Positions 8,704 through 19,246 of a stretch of DNA of 64,000 nucleotides are shown piece after piece. The position numbers were made by a program, and so were the translations under genes. The number at the start of each line of letters is the position of its first letter. Position 1 is the stretch's first letter. The notes under the pieces are model-generated. The model did no database searches. It had not been told where the DNA came from and saw nothing but the letters and a program-made list of their open reading frames with translations. The stretch comes from a virus, in the IMG/VR virus record IMGVR_UViG_3300008107_000012, one strand, 5' to 3'.

Positions 8704-11581
8704 TATTGTAAACGATATTACTGACATTTATTTTGGACAGATTGCTGAGGCATTTGTAGATCCAGAAGAAGAAATTCCAACAAGTAGTGGAAGACCTGGA
8801 AGAAAACCGATTGAAAATGTTGCTTCTCACCCAAATCCTAAGGTTAGAAAAAAAGCAGTTGCTGGTATGAAAAAGCAAATGGAAAAAGAATATGGTGGGA
8901 AATGGACTTCTAGATCTAATGATCCAGTAAAAGAAGCATTAGATTCAGTAGGAAAGGAAGATGCCGATATTGATAATGATGGAGATAATGATAAGAATGA
9001 TAAGTATCTTCATAGACGTAGAAAGGCAATTGGTAAAGCAATTGCAACTCGTAAGGAATCATTAGATCCAGTGGGGAAAGAAGATGATGATATTGATAAT
9101 GATGGGGATGTGGATAAGTCAGATTCATACTTGAAGAATCGTAGAAGAGTTCGTGCTAAAGCAATTCATAAAGAAGGTTTTTCAAACTGGAGAGAAGACC
9201 TGATTGAAGTTGCTGCTAAGATTGAAAAACCAGAAAAAGTTAAGGAAAAGAAAGTAAACAATAAAATTTCTATAAATCCTTCATTAGATTTAGGTGATGG
9301 TGTTAGAGAATCTGTAGAAAATCTTGGTGGAACTCTTTTAGAATTTAATGAGATTAAAAATTTTGAGGGAGTCTTTGATGAACTTTCAGAGTCTGAAATA
9401 TTTTTACTAAATGATAATTTAATCGAAGAGGTTGTTGAAGAAGTATTTTTAGAATGTATTAGTGAGGGATATGATATTCTTGATGTTGAAAATGTTTTAA
9501 TCGAGTCACTTGAAACATCAGTTGCAATTTTAACTGAAGCAAAAGTTACTTTAGGTCACGATACTAAGATTAAGAGTGATAGACTTGAAAAAGTAAAGTC
9601 TGCAGTCAAGAAAGTAGGAAAGGGTCTTGCTCGTGGAGCAGGTTATGTTGCTGGTGCTGCAGTTAGAGGTGCAAAAGCAGTAGGAAGAGAATTAAAAGCA
9701 GGATATCAAAGAGGAAGACATGGTTCTGGGGGAGGATCTCAAGCATCATCTGGAACATCTTCATCCGGAGAATCAGATTCTGATAGTCAGTCAAGTGGTT
9801 CGCAAAGTGATGGAGGTTCTCAAGCATCTGGTTCTTCTAGACCAGGACTACTTGGCAGAATTGGTTCTGCACTTAAGAGTGGATTGAAGAGGGTAATTGC
9901 TAAGGGAGCAAGAGCAGTTTCTAGAGGAGCAAGAAATGTTGCTCGTAGAATGGGTGACGGAGCACAGTCTTCACAAACAACTCAAAAGACTTCAACTCCA
10001 AAAGCAACATCAACTACTCAGTCATCTCCAAAAGTAACTACGACAAGAACAAAAACCACAAGCAGTGGCAGTAGTGTTAATTTAGATAAACCTGGTGGTT
10101 CTACAACATATCGTGGAACTGGTTATGATAAGGGGAGTGTTAGTTTAAAAGGTCCAACACAAAAACCACAAGCACAACAAGCAGCACCAAAACCACAAGC
10201 AAAGACAACAACAGTTTCTGCAAAACCTTCTTCCGCAGGAGATAAAAAGAAAAAAGCACAGGCATTACGTCTTGTTCGTAGAAATCCAAATATATCTCCA
10301 GAGGATATAAGAAGAGCTGTTGGTGAAGAATATGAAATTAATGAGAAAACTTTAACTGCTGCCGAGACTAAAGAAAAGGAAAGACTTGTAAAGTCAATGA
10401 AAGATAAGGAAGCAGATTTTGAAAAGAGATATCCTGGTCGTGGTAAAGAAGTTATGTATGCCACTGCCACAAAAATGGCAAAAAAGATTGCAGAACAAAG
10501 TGAAGAATATATTGATGAAGCAAAATTATCTAAAGCAGAAAGAAGAGCAAAACAAGCACAAAAACCTGATACTCCAAAAAGACCAAAGCACGTAGTTCAA
10601 CTTGATTTGGACCAAGCTGCATTGAGAGAAGTTGGATCTAAAAGATTAAAAGATCCAAAAACTGGAAAAAAGAAAACAACAAAAGTTGAACCTGCAAAGA
10701 TTAATGTTAAAGGTGAAAAGGGAGATGTCGTAAGGACAGTATCTACTGGAGATTTTCATAAAGAAAAACTAGGAAAGGGAGAGACTATGGATTTCTCTCC
10801 ACTAAGAGATCCTAAGAAGTTTACTCAAACTACCAAAGCAAATAAGAACGTAATTAACAAAGCAAGAGGTGCTGTTATAGAACCCAATACTGCTAGAGGT
10901 GCATTTAGAAAAGAAGAAGTTTCATTAGATGAAAAAGTTGATAACAAAAGTGTAATTCAACATTTAAAAAATCTTGGATATAATAAAAAACGTGGAATGA
11001 CTGTAAAACCAGGACATTTTACAGGTGATATGCCTGGATCAGGTTCTCCAGGAAAAAAGTTGATTGCAACTAAGCACGATATCAAAAAGTATCAACCACA
11101 AAAAATGTCTCATATTGATGATGACCCAAAAAATTTAGAACCACTTGAAAAGCATAGAAAGTCTACTCAAGGATCTAAAGGAGAAACTAGAGGATCTGAT
11201 CCAAAAATTCATACTCAACTAGTTGGTTCTTTTAGAAAAAGAGGTGAAAGTAGAGCAGAACCTAAAGAGCACGGTAGAGTGAGAAGATATAGTGGTGTTA
11301 GAGAACCTGGTTCAGTAACTGCTCCTAAAACAACCAAGCAAATTCAAAGAGCACGTAAAACTGCAAGAAAAGGTATGGGTGAAGCACTTGATGTGAATGC
11401 ACAGCAAACACAACAGTCTCAACAGACAAAACCACAAGTTCAGTCTCAGCAGTCTACTCAGGATGCAAAGGCAAAATCAGCAGCACAAAGAGCAAAGTCG
11501 GCAGCAGTAACTCTTAAAACTAAAGAATTACAAACCCTTAGACAGACTCCAGCTGGAACTTCAGTTTCTAGTTTTGGATAA
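8693..11581 (+). CDS. Large modular late protein (962 aa), probable head-internal polyprotein
   Basis: Two LDxVGKEDxDIDNDGD repeats, Ser/Gly/Thr-rich tracts and a degenerate HAD-like module. Confidence 0.6.
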   Translation: MDTNIVNDITDIYFGQIAEAFVDPEEEIPTSSGRPGRKPIENVASHPNPKVRKKAVAGMKKQMEKEYGGKWTSRSNDPVKEALDSVGKEDADIDNDGDNDKNDKYLHRRRKAIGKAIATRKESLDPVGKEDDDIDNDGDVDKSDSYLKNRRRVRAKAIHKEGFSNWREDLIEVAAKIEKPEKVKEKKVNNKISINPSLDLGDGVRESVENLGGTLLEFNEIKNFEGVFDELSESEIFLLNDNLIEEVVEEVFLECISEGYDILDVENVLIESLETSVAILTEAKVTLGHDTKIKSDRLEKVKSAVKKVGKGLARGAGYVAGAAVRGAKAVGRELKAGYQRGRHGSGGGSQASSGTSSSGESDSDSQSSGSQSDGGSQASGSSRPGLLGRIGSALKSGLKRVIAKGARAVSRGARNVARRMGDGAQSSQTTQKTSTPKATSTTQSSPKVTTTRTKTTSSGSSVNLDKPGGSTTYRGTGYDKGSVSLKGPTQKPQAQQAAPKPQAKTTTVSAKPSSAGDKKKKAQALRLVRRNPNISPEDIRRAVGEEYEINEKTLTAAETKEKERLVKSMKDKEADFEKRYPGRGKEVMYATATKMAKKIAEQSEEYIDEAKLSKAERRAKQAQKPDTPKRPKHVVQLDLDQAALREVGSKRLKDPKTGKKKTTKVEPAKINVKGEKGDVVRTVSTGDFHKEKLGKGETMDFSPLRDPKKFTQTTKANKNVINKARGAVIEPNTARGAFRKEEVSLDEKVDNKSVIQHLKNLGYNKKRGMTVKPGHFTGDMPGSGSPGKKLIATKHDIKKYQPQKMSHIDDDPKNLEPLEKHRKSTQGSKGETRGSDPKIHTQLVGSFRKRGESRAEPKEHGRVRRYSGVREPGSVTAPKTTKQIQRARKTARKGMGEALDVNAQQTQQSQQTKPQVQSQQSTQDAKAKSAAQRAKSAAVTLKTKELQTLRQTPAGTSVSSFG

Positions 11582-11622
11582 AAAATCCTAAATAGATTTA
11601 GGTATACTTATAGGAGGTCATT

Positions 11623-11808
11623 ATGTCCATTGGAGCACTATTTGCTTTCTATAAAGCAAATGAAGCAGCAATTCTAACAATTCTGCTGATTATTTCTGAG
11701 TTTCTTGGTGCGAATCCAAAAATTAAGGCAAACGGATTAGTTTCATTTATCCTTCAGCAAATTCGACAAAAAGCAAAAGATGGTGGTGCAGTTGACCCGA
11801 CTCCTTGA
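11623..11808 (+). CDS. Small membrane protein
   Basis: GGAGG RBS, hydrophobic stretch, terminator downstream. Confidence 0.7.
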   Translation: MSIGALFAFYKANEAAILTILLIISEFLGANPKIKANGLVSFILQQIRQKAKDGGAVDPTP

Positions 11809-11829
11809 GTTTTCTTCATAAACTCTCAA

Positions 11830-11860
11830 AGAGACCTCATTTTTGGGGTCTCTATTTTTT
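11830..11860 (+). terminator. Rho-independent terminator
   Basis: AGAGACCTC-ATTTTT-GGGGTCTCT followed by a T run. Confidence 0.75.
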
Positions 11861-11900
11861 ATAAATATTTCTACGAATAAATTTAGAAAAGGTAAAAAGA

Positions 11901-12665
11901 ATGGCACTCTGGGGAAACAATGATAATGTAGGTTCTGATGGAACCGTATCTTTAAATTATACTACTCTTGAGGTTATTGGAACCGGAACTACTTTTGGGC
12001 AAGTTGGTGCAGCTGCAACTGGAGAAGTGATTAGATTTGGTATTCGTGGTGGTGGAGGAACTTACTTCGGAGATGCTGTAATCGTTGGAATTGCAAGCAC
12101 AACTTCTTTAACAATTGGATCTACTGCTGGTCTGAGTGGTGCAGCAATTGCGGGAACATCTTTCTACATTAGTGAACTTCCTAGTTATACAGTTCTTGAT
12201 AGTACTTTCAGTAATGCAAATGATTCTGCTCCATCTCTCATTACATTGTCGATCACAGGGACTGCAACTACAAATGCGGGGATAGGAACTAATATTATTC
12301 CTGTTATTGCTCCATTTGGGTTAATTGTTGGGGATCTTCTTGTAAATAGTACGGATAATATTCGTATTTCTGTCATCGGTGGAAGTACAATTTCTCTTGC
12401 ATCTACAATTTCAGCAGGGATTTCTACAGGTGATAATTTAACCTTCAAGAGATATGTTGACGGTTATGACCGTCAAGTATATGGTATTTCAACTTCATCT
12501 GATTATGTTGCAATTGGTTATAGTGGATTTGCTCACCAGGGATGGGTTGGTGTAACCACATATATTGATTGTGATGGAAACTTAAGAGTTAAAACTGAGA
12601 CATTAGTTGCAATGTCTGGTATTTCTACTGGTTCTAATGGAATTATCTATCCAACATCTGTATGA
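11901..12665 (+). CDS. Virion structural protein (G/T/S-rich)
   Basis: MALWG start and AHQGWVG...KTETLVAM, seen in cyanomyophage structural proteins; TATAAATA upstream. Confidence 0.7.
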   Translation: MALWGNNDNVGSDGTVSLNYTTLEVIGTGTTFGQVGAAATGEVIRFGIRGGGGTYFGDAVIVGIASTTSLTIGSTAGLSGAAIAGTSFYISELPSYTVLDSTFSNANDSAPSLITLSITGTATTNAGIGTNIIPVIAPFGLIVGDLLVNSTDNIRISVIGGSTISLASTISAGISTGDNLTFKRYVDGYDRQVYGISTSSDYVAIGYSGFAHQGWVGVTTYIDCDGNLRVKTETLVAMSGISTGSNGIIYPTSV

Positions 12666-12671
12666 TAATAT

Positions 12672-13064
12672 ATGGTCTTTAATGAACTGAATGAGGATAA
12701 TTTCCTTTTATTTGCAATTAAAAATTATGAAAATCCTCAAGCAGTCACTAAAGAAGACTTTGAAAAGGATTTAAATCATTTTAAATATATTAAAAGATTA
12801 TTGAAAAGATATAAAAGAGAAGGTGAATTAAAAACTCATCTTCTCTTGAATCATTTTATAATTCTTTATAATATTTTTGGTGAAGCAGCAACACCAATGC
12901 TGTTTTTTAAAATAGAAAAAGATTTGTGGTCTTTTGTAAAATCTTTTATCATATTTCTTGGAAGATTTCCAGAATATCCAAAAACAAAAATACACGATAT
13001 ACCTGTTGATATAAATTGTTTAGCAGAACTTTATAAGATCTACAATGGAAAACAAGAAGATTGA
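12672..13064 (+). CDS. Conserved T4-like phage hypothetical protein
   Basis: YENPQ..EDF..DL..FKYIKRL and LLLNH motifs. Confidence 0.75.
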   Translation: MVFNELNEDNFLLFAIKNYENPQAVTKEDFEKDLNHFKYIKRLLKRYKREGELKTHLLLNHFIILYNIFGEAATPMLFFKIEKDLWSFVKSFIIFLGRFPEYPKTKIHDIPVDINCLAELYKIYNGKQED

Positions 13065-13290
13065 TAAAGTCATTGAAGCATTTCGAAATTATATACATTT
13101 GAAAGAAGAAATGATGACTACCCAAAGTACACCAACTAAACCAGGATTTAGTGCGGATGCTGATGATGTAGGACCTGTTGCGGGTAGAAGTCCTAAAATG
13201 TTTTTACTTGCTAGAAAGTTTGCTAAAACATATGCTAAAGGTGGTCCTGGGTCAAGAAAGAAATGGTTAGATTACTTAAAGAATAAATAG
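13045..13290 (+). CDS. Hypothetical protein
   Basis: ORF overlaps the preceding gene; GFSADADxxGPVAG motif. Confidence 0.65.
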   Translation: MENKKIDKVIEAFRNYIHLKEEMMTTQSTPTKPGFSADADDVGPVAGRSPKMFLLARKFAKTYAKGGPGSRKKWLDYLKNK

Positions 13291-13354
13291 TTTTAATACT
13301 ACTTGAGGTATTTGTTTCATAGGGGTAGTAGGAGAAATAATCACCTCAACGACA

Positions 13355-13765
13355 ATGTTTAATCAAAATACATCTGCAGACACTAAAATTGCTGTCCTTG
13401 AAGAAAGACTTTCTGCATATGAAGTTATGATGAACAAGATTGACGAAGCAATACAATTAATGGGTAAGACAAGTCAAAACATCAGTAAAATGCTGGCAGT
13501 TCATGAAGAAAAAATAGACCAGTGTAATAAAACTGATGATTTAATTTCAAAAATGCTTAATGATTTAAAAGATGAAAGTGAAAAGCATTGTGAAGCAGTA
13601 AATAATAGAATAGAGAAAATAGAAACAAAATTAGATGAATTTGTAAAATATCGTTGGATTATAGTTGGTGTTTTTGCAGTTGTTTCTTTTGCTTTTTCAC
13701 AATCTCATATGGTGGTTGACTTTTTGACTCCAGATGTACCTCAAGTATATACGCAACAAAAATAA
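13355..13765 (+). CDS. Coiled-coil protein with C-terminal TM helix
   Basis: Heptad pattern, LAVHEEKI motif, WIIVGVFAVVSFAF TM segment. Confidence 0.7.
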   Translation: MFNQNTSADTKIAVLEERLSAYEVMMNKIDEAIQLMGKTSQNISKMLAVHEEKIDQCNKTDDLISKMLNDLKDESEKHCEAVNNRIEKIETKLDEFVKYRWIIVGVFAVVSFAFSQSHMVVDFLTPDVPQVYTQQK

Positions 13766-13928
13766 ATAGTTGAGTGTTGGCGTTAGAGCCAATGAAAACT
13801 CAAAAGAAAGTCACTCTCTACACTCTACAAAAAACAACAAATTCTGTTGTGAAGTGGACTGGAATAATTACCTCTCATTGCCTTGACAAGTCCAAATAAA
13901 CTGGTAGAATACATCAACTGGATGCTGT

Positions 13929-14903
13929 TTGATTATGGACTTTGTTGATGTAAAGTACATCAATTTGATTTCTGCACGATTTCAAAAGTTTAAGAAAGTA
14001 AAGCACAATCTCTACAACTTTCGTTGCCCTATTTGTGGAGATTCTCAAAAAAATAAAAATAAAGCAAGGGGATATCTATATCAAGTTAAAAATAATACAA
14101 ACTTTAAATGTCATAATTGTGGAGTAAATATTTCTTTTAATAATTTTCTCAAGCAATTAGACCCAGTAATCTATAAACAATACACTTTTGAGAAATTTAA
14201 GGATGGAAAAACAGGTAAAAACTTTACTGTAGATGAACCAAAATTTCATTTCGAAGCACCAAAATTTAGACCTAAACTTGATTTGCCAAAAGCATCTGAG
14301 AATCCAATATCAAAATTATATTTGGAAAAGAGAAAATTAAATCCGGATAAATTTTATTATACCGACAAATTTAAGGAGTGGACTAATTCTTTTCGACAAA
14401 CATTCGACAGTACAGATAAAGATGAACCAAGGATTATCATTCCTCTGTTTTATCAAAATATTTTAGTCGGATTTCAGGGAAGAGCACTTGGTCCAAATAA
14501 GATTAAATATATTACTGTGATGTTAAATGACGATGCCCCAAAAATTTATGGTCTCGATGAGATACAAAAAACTGAAACTGTCTACATCACCGAAGGTCCA
14601 TTTGACTCAACATTCATTCGCAATGCGATTGCTTTATGTGGAGCTGATGGTGATATTAGTAAGTGGGGTATTGACAGGTGTGTTTGGATTTACGATAACG
14701 AACCACGTAATGCAGAAATCCATTCAAGAATCTCCCGTATCATCGATAGGGGAGAAAAAGTAGTCATCTGGCCTTCATCAATAAAAGAGAAGGACATTAA
14801 TGATATGGTTTTATCTGGACTAGATGTTCAGTCTGTGATAGAATCAAATGTATATTCTGGACTAGAAGCAAAATTAAAATTTACTACTTGGAAGAAAATA
14901 TGA
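13929..14903 (+). CDS. gp61: DNA primase (gp61)
   Basis: Zn finger CPICGD...CHNC; TOPRIM EGPFD and DNE motifs. Confidence 0.95.
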   Translation: MIMDFVDVKYINLISARFQKFKKVKHNLYNFRCPICGDSQKNKNKARGYLYQVKNNTNFKCHNCGVNISFNNFLKQLDPVIYKQYTFEKFKDGKTGKNFTVDEPKFHFEAPKFRPKLDLPKASENPISKLYLEKRKLNPDKFYYTDKFKEWTNSFRQTFDSTDKDEPRIIIPLFYQNILVGFQGRALGPNKIKYITVMLNDDAPKIYGLDEIQKTETVYITEGPFDSTFIRNAIALCGADGDISKWGIDRCVWIYDNEPRNAEIHSRISRIIDRGEKVVIWPSSIKEKDINDMVLSGLDVQSVIESNVYSGLEAKLKFTTWKKI

Positions 14904-17107
14904 GCAACGGAACCAAAGTTAAAAAACGTGATGGACGTATTGAGTCTCTTGACCTAGACAAGATGCACTTGATGGTTGAAGAGGCTTGTAGGGGTCTTGC
15001 AGGGGTCTCTGCGAGTCAAGTTGAAATGACCTCTGGTATTCAATTTTATAATGGAATTACAACAGCAGAAATTCAAGAAATCTTGATTCGTTCTGCTTCT
15101 GATCTGATTGATTTGGATCATCCAAATTATCAGTATGTTGCTGCTCGTCTGCTTCTTTTTGCAGTTCGCAAGCAGTTGTATGGAAGAATGAAAGAAATTC
15201 CTACTCTAGAGCAGCACATCTATACTTGTGTAAATGCGGAAGTCTATGACAGTGAAATTTTTAGCAAGTATTCTAAAGAAGAAATTCAACGTGCTGATTC
15301 TTATATCGATCACGATCGTGATTATTTGTTTACTTATGCAGGTCTGCGTCAGGTAGTTGATAAGTATTTGGTTCAAGATCGTAGTAGTGGCGGAGTATAT
15401 GAAACTCCTCAGTTTATGTATATGATGATTGCTCTGACAATTTTTGCAGAGTATCCAAAAGAAACTAGAATGTCATATGTCAAGAGGTATTATGACGCAA
15501 TCTCAAAGCACAAAATCAACATTCCCACACCTATCATGGCGGGAGTGCGAACTCCACTTCGACAGTTTGCTAGCTGTGTTCTTGTTGATGTTGATGACAC
15601 CCTCGATAGCATCTTTAGTTCTGATATGGCAATTGGCAGGTATGTTGCACAAAGGGCGGGAATCGGCATCAATGCAGGCAGAATCCGTGGCATCAACAGT
15701 AAGATCCGAGGTGGAGAAGTTCAGCACACAGGTGTTGTCCCTTTCCTCAAGAAGTTTGAAGCAACTGTCCGATGCTGCACTCAAAATGGCATCAGAGGTG
15801 GATCAGCAACTGTCCACTTCCCAATCAGCAAACTCTTCTATGAGAGGTTCATTCAGGATGGTGAGATCACTCTTTTCTCCCCACACGATGTACCTGGACT
15901 ATATGATAGCTTCGGACTCCCTGGTTTTGATGATCTCTACGTTTCGTATGAAAAAGATCCGTCCGTTAAGAAAAAAACTGTTAAGGCGCAGGAACTTATT
16001 CTTAACCTCCTTAAGGAACGTGCGGAAACGGGTCGTGTCTATATTATGAACATTGATCATTGCAATTCTCACAGTTCTTTTAAAGATAAGATTGAGATGA
16101 GCAATCTTTGTCAGGAAATTACTCTTCCAACATATCCAATTCAACATATTGATGATACAAGTGGTGAGATTGCTCTATGTATTCTCTCTGCCATTAATGT
16201 TGGTAAAGTAAAATCTGACGAAGAACTTGAAGAACTTTGCGATCTTTCTGTTCGTGGTCTTGATGAATTAATTGATTATCAAAAGTACCCAGTTCTTGCG
16301 GCAGAAGTTGCCACAAAGGCGCGTAGATCACTTGGAATTGGATACATTGGACTTGCACACTACCTTGCTAAACTTGGATTTAATTATGATTCTCAAGAAT
16401 CCTGGGATGCAGTACACGGTCTTTCTGAGTCTTTCCAGTACTATCTTCTGAAAGCATCCAATCAACTTGCTAAAGAAAAAGGTCATTGCGAATACTTTGG
16501 TCGTACTAAGTATGCTGATGGTATTCTTCCAATTGATACCTATAAAAAAGATGTAGACGAAATTTCTTCTATTGCATATGAACACGATTGGGAATCTCTT
16601 AGGGCATCAATCCTACAGTACGGTCTCAGGCACTCAACACTGTCCGCACAGATGCCATCGGAGAGCAGTTCCGTTGTGTCAAATGCAACCAATGGGATCG
16701 AACCACCTAGAGATTACTTGTCCGTTAAAAAATCGAAGAAAGGTCCTCTCAAGCAGATTGTTCCTCAGTATCAAACTCTTAAGAACAATTATACGCTTCT
16801 TTGGGATATGCCTAGCAATCGGGGGTATATTAACATTGTCTCTATTATGCAAAAATTCTTTGATCAAGCGATTTCTGGAAACTGGTCGTATAATCCAGAA
16901 AATTATGCCAATAATGAAGTTCCTACTTCAGTAATGGCAAATGATTTTCTGACTACATACAAGTACGGATGGAAAACTTCTTATTATCAAAATACTTACG
17001 ATATTAAGACAGATGAAGTGGTAGAAGAGAAGAAGTCCGAATTGGAAAGTCTTCTTAATGAGTTAAGTTCAGTAGAGGAGGGAGAGTGTGAATCCTGTGC
17101 AGTTTGA
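14900..17107 (+). CDS. nrdA: Class Ia ribonucleotide reductase alpha subunit, with an internal in-frame deletion near 15826
   Basis: ATP cone, FASCV, SNLCQEI, TSYY and C-terminal CESC. About 31 conserved residues are missing after HFPI. Confidence 0.93.
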   Translation: MSNGTKVKKRDGRIESLDLDKMHLMVEEACRGLAGVSASQVEMTSGIQFYNGITTAEIQEILIRSASDLIDLDHPNYQYVAARLLLFAVRKQLYGRMKEIPTLEQHIYTCVNAEVYDSEIFSKYSKEEIQRADSYIDHDRDYLFTYAGLRQVVDKYLVQDRSSGGVYETPQFMYMMIALTIFAEYPKETRMSYVKRYYDAISKHKINIPTPIMAGVRTPLRQFASCVLVDVDDTLDSIFSSDMAIGRYVAQRAGIGINAGRIRGINSKIRGGEVQHTGVVPFLKKFEATVRCCTQNGIRGGSATVHFPISKLFYERFIQDGEITLFSPHDVPGLYDSFGLPGFDDLYVSYEKDPSVKKKTVKAQELILNLLKERAETGRVYIMNIDHCNSHSSFKDKIEMSNLCQEITLPTYPIQHIDDTSGEIALCILSAINVGKVKSDEELEELCDLSVRGLDELIDYQKYPVLAAEVATKARRSLGIGYIGLAHYLAKLGFNYDSQESWDAVHGLSESFQYYLLKASNQLAKEKGHCEYFGRTKYADGILPIDTYKKDVDEISSIAYEHDWESLRASILQYGLRHSTLSAQMPSESSSVVSNATNGIEPPRDYLSVKKSKKGPLKQIVPQYQTLKNNYTLLWDMPSNRGYINIVSIMQKFFDQAISGNWSYNPENYANNEVPTSVMANDFLTTYKYGWKTSYYQNTYDIKTDEVVEEKKSELESLLNELSSVEEGECESCAV

Positions 17108-18284
17108 TTTCAAAGTTTCTTCTGAGGAAGACAAACAAACAAATATACAAGGAATGACTGTATTTAATACAGAAAAAGTGGACACTAAGAAACAACCTAT
17201 GTTTTTTGGTAAACCCTTAGGAGTTCAAAGGTATGATTCGTACAAGTATCCTATTTTTGATAAACTAACTACTCAGCAACTTGGATACTTCTGGAGACCT
17301 GAAGAGGTCTCCCTACAGAAAGATCGTGGGGATTATCAAACTCTTCGTCCTGAGCAGAAGCACATCTATACTTCTAATTTGAAGTATCAGATTATGCTTG
17401 ACTCTGTTCAAGGTCGTGGACCTGGAATGGCATTTATTCCCTATTGCTCTCTTCCTGAACTGGAAGCGTGTATGGAAGTGTGGGGATTTATGGAAATGAT
17501 CCACTCACGATCTTACACTTATATCATCAAGAACGTTTATTCTGACCCTTCTGAGGTGTTTGATACTATCATCGGTGATGAACGCATTCTGGAACGTGCC
17601 AAGAGTGTTACAGAGTCATATGACGACTTCATCCAATCAGCACAAACTTATGGAACATCCAGTGACTGGATGTTCAGACTTGAAGGAGTGCAAAACGCAA
17701 AGGAATCTCTCAACGATGTCAAACGAAAACTGTACAGAGCAGTCGCAAACGTTAATATTCTTGAAGGTATTCGATTCTACGTTAGTTTTGCTTGCAGTTT
17801 CGCTTTTGGTGAACTTAAACTTATGGAAGGATCAGCCAAAATCATTTCTCTCATCGCAAGAGATGAAAATCAGCACTTAGCACTTACTCAGAACATTCTG
17901 AATAAGTGGAGAGAAGGTGATGATCCTGAAATGCAGCAGATTATGAAGGAAGAAGAAGAGTGGACGTATAAGATGTTTGATCGTGCTGTAAACGAAGAAA
18001 AGAAATGGGCAGATTATCTGTTCAAAGATGGCAGCATGATTGGACTCAACGATAAACTTCTTCAGCAATATGTTGAATGGATTGCAAATCGTAGATTGAA
18101 AGCAATTGGTCTTAAACCTCAATATGATATTTCTGCAAATAATAATCCTCTTCCTTGGACACAACACTGGATTTCTTCCAAAGGTCTTCAGGTTGCTCCA
18201 CAAGAAACTGAGGTAGAATCATATGTCGTAGGGGGCATTAAGCAGGATGTTACCAAAAATACTTTTGCAGGATTCCAATTATGA
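17088..18284 (+). CDS. nrdB: Ribonucleotide reductase beta subunit
   Basis: FWRPEEV, EMIHSRSY, LEGIRFY and RDENQH diiron motifs. Confidence 0.96.
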   Translation: MNPVQFDFKVSSEEDKQTNIQGMTVFNTEKVDTKKQPMFFGKPLGVQRYDSYKYPIFDKLTTQQLGYFWRPEEVSLQKDRGDYQTLRPEQKHIYTSNLKYQIMLDSVQGRGPGMAFIPYCSLPELEACMEVWGFMEMIHSRSYTYIIKNVYSDPSEVFDTIIGDERILERAKSVTESYDDFIQSAQTYGTSSDWMFRLEGVQNAKESLNDVKRKLYRAVANVNILEGIRFYVSFACSFAFGELKLMEGSAKIISLIARDENQHLALTQNILNKWREGDDPEMQQIMKEEEEWTYKMFDRAVNEEKKWADYLFKDGSMIGLNDKLLQQYVEWIANRRLKAIGLKPQYDISANNNPLPWTQHWISSKGLQVAPQETEVESYVVGGIKQDVTKNTFAGFQL

Positions 18285-18565
18285 TGAATGGTGCGAAGAA
18301 GCAATTCTAAATGCCTATAAAGAGGCAGCAGAATGTGATGAGTTTATGTTTGGGGATTATGACTTTTGTAATGAATGGTTAGGTGTAAATGAATAGATAT
18401 AGGAGGGTATACCTCCTTTTTTTATGTCTAAGAATCAAGTTACAAAAGATGAGTTAAAAGTTCGTGTTTTAAAACTAAAAAATAATTTGTATAATGAACA
18501 TATTAGACATGATATGGATATGAAAGGACTTGCTCATAAATATCTGAATGAAGTTCTTGATATAA

Positions 18566-19012
18566 TTGATGAGTATAGATATTGACTACGAAAACCCTTG
18601 GATTTATAATGGAAGTCCTTTTACTAGTTCTGATATTGGAGACTATTATGGGTTTGTTTATTTAATAGAGAACACCCAAAATGGTAGGCAGTACATTGGA
18701 CGCAAATATTTGTGGCAGTTTAGGACTCCAAAAGGTAAAAAACGTAAAGTAAAATCAGAATCTAATTGGAAGGATTACTATGGGTCTTGTCCGGAACTTA
18801 AAGAAGATTTGGAACATTATGGTAGAGGGGTATTTAGAAGGACTATCCTCTCCCTCCACAAAACAAAAGGGAAAACAAACTTTGAGGAGACCAGACAACT
18901 CTTCTACCATAACGTTCTCACAGAATCCCTTGACGACGGAAGGCCAAGGTACTACAATAGCAACATCCTCAACCGATACTTCCGAAAAGATTATTATGAC
19001 AGCAACGACTGA
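18566..19012 (+). CDS. GIY-YIG-family endonuclease
   Basis: GFVY...QYIGRK, YYGS and YYN motifs. Confidence 0.8.
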   Translation: MMSIDIDYENPWIYNGSPFTSSDIGDYYGFVYLIENTQNGRQYIGRKYLWQFRTPKGKKRKVKSESNWKDYYGSCPELKEDLEHYGRGVFRRTILSLHKTKGKTNFEETRQLFYHNVLTESLDDGRPRYYNSNILNRYFRKDYYDSND

Positions 19013-19208
19013 AGATATTGTTGCACACGTTCGTGATTGGGCAATTGATAAAATTGAACTTCTTCACGAATCGGATAGGCATCGAAATGCCCGTGCTCTT
19101 CTTGCAGAGTTTGAAGAGTGGATTGAACCCGAAGGAGATGAACTTGAAATTGTTTCTTTGGAACAAGAAGAAGATTGGACTGATGAGCAAGAAATTGATG
19201 TTCGGTAA
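18996..19208 (+). CDS. Small acidic hypothetical protein (MTATTEDIV...)
   Basis: ATG overlaps the end of the GIY-YIG gene; distal part of ORF 18780-19208. Confidence 0.65.
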   Translation: MTATTEDIVAHVRDWAIDKIELLHESDRHRNARALLAEFEEWIEPEGDELEIVSLEQEEDWTDEQEIDVR

Positions 19209-19217
19209 TCCAACATC

Positions 19218-19246
19218 TTGACAGACTCTAAATAAAAACTTATAAT
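19218..19246 (+). promoter_or_regulatory. sigma70-type promoter with embedded late TAAATA
   Basis: TTGACA-N17-TATAAT. Confidence 0.75.

Noticed and set aside
15444-16049. 201-aa alternative-frame ORF inside nrdA
   Set aside because: No recognisable motif; consistent with codon-bias shadow, and it spans the suspected deletion junction.
3-17107. Inteins or introns in gp43, gp41, gp61 or nrdA
   Set aside because: No insertions or splicing motifs were seen, and lengths are normal or short.
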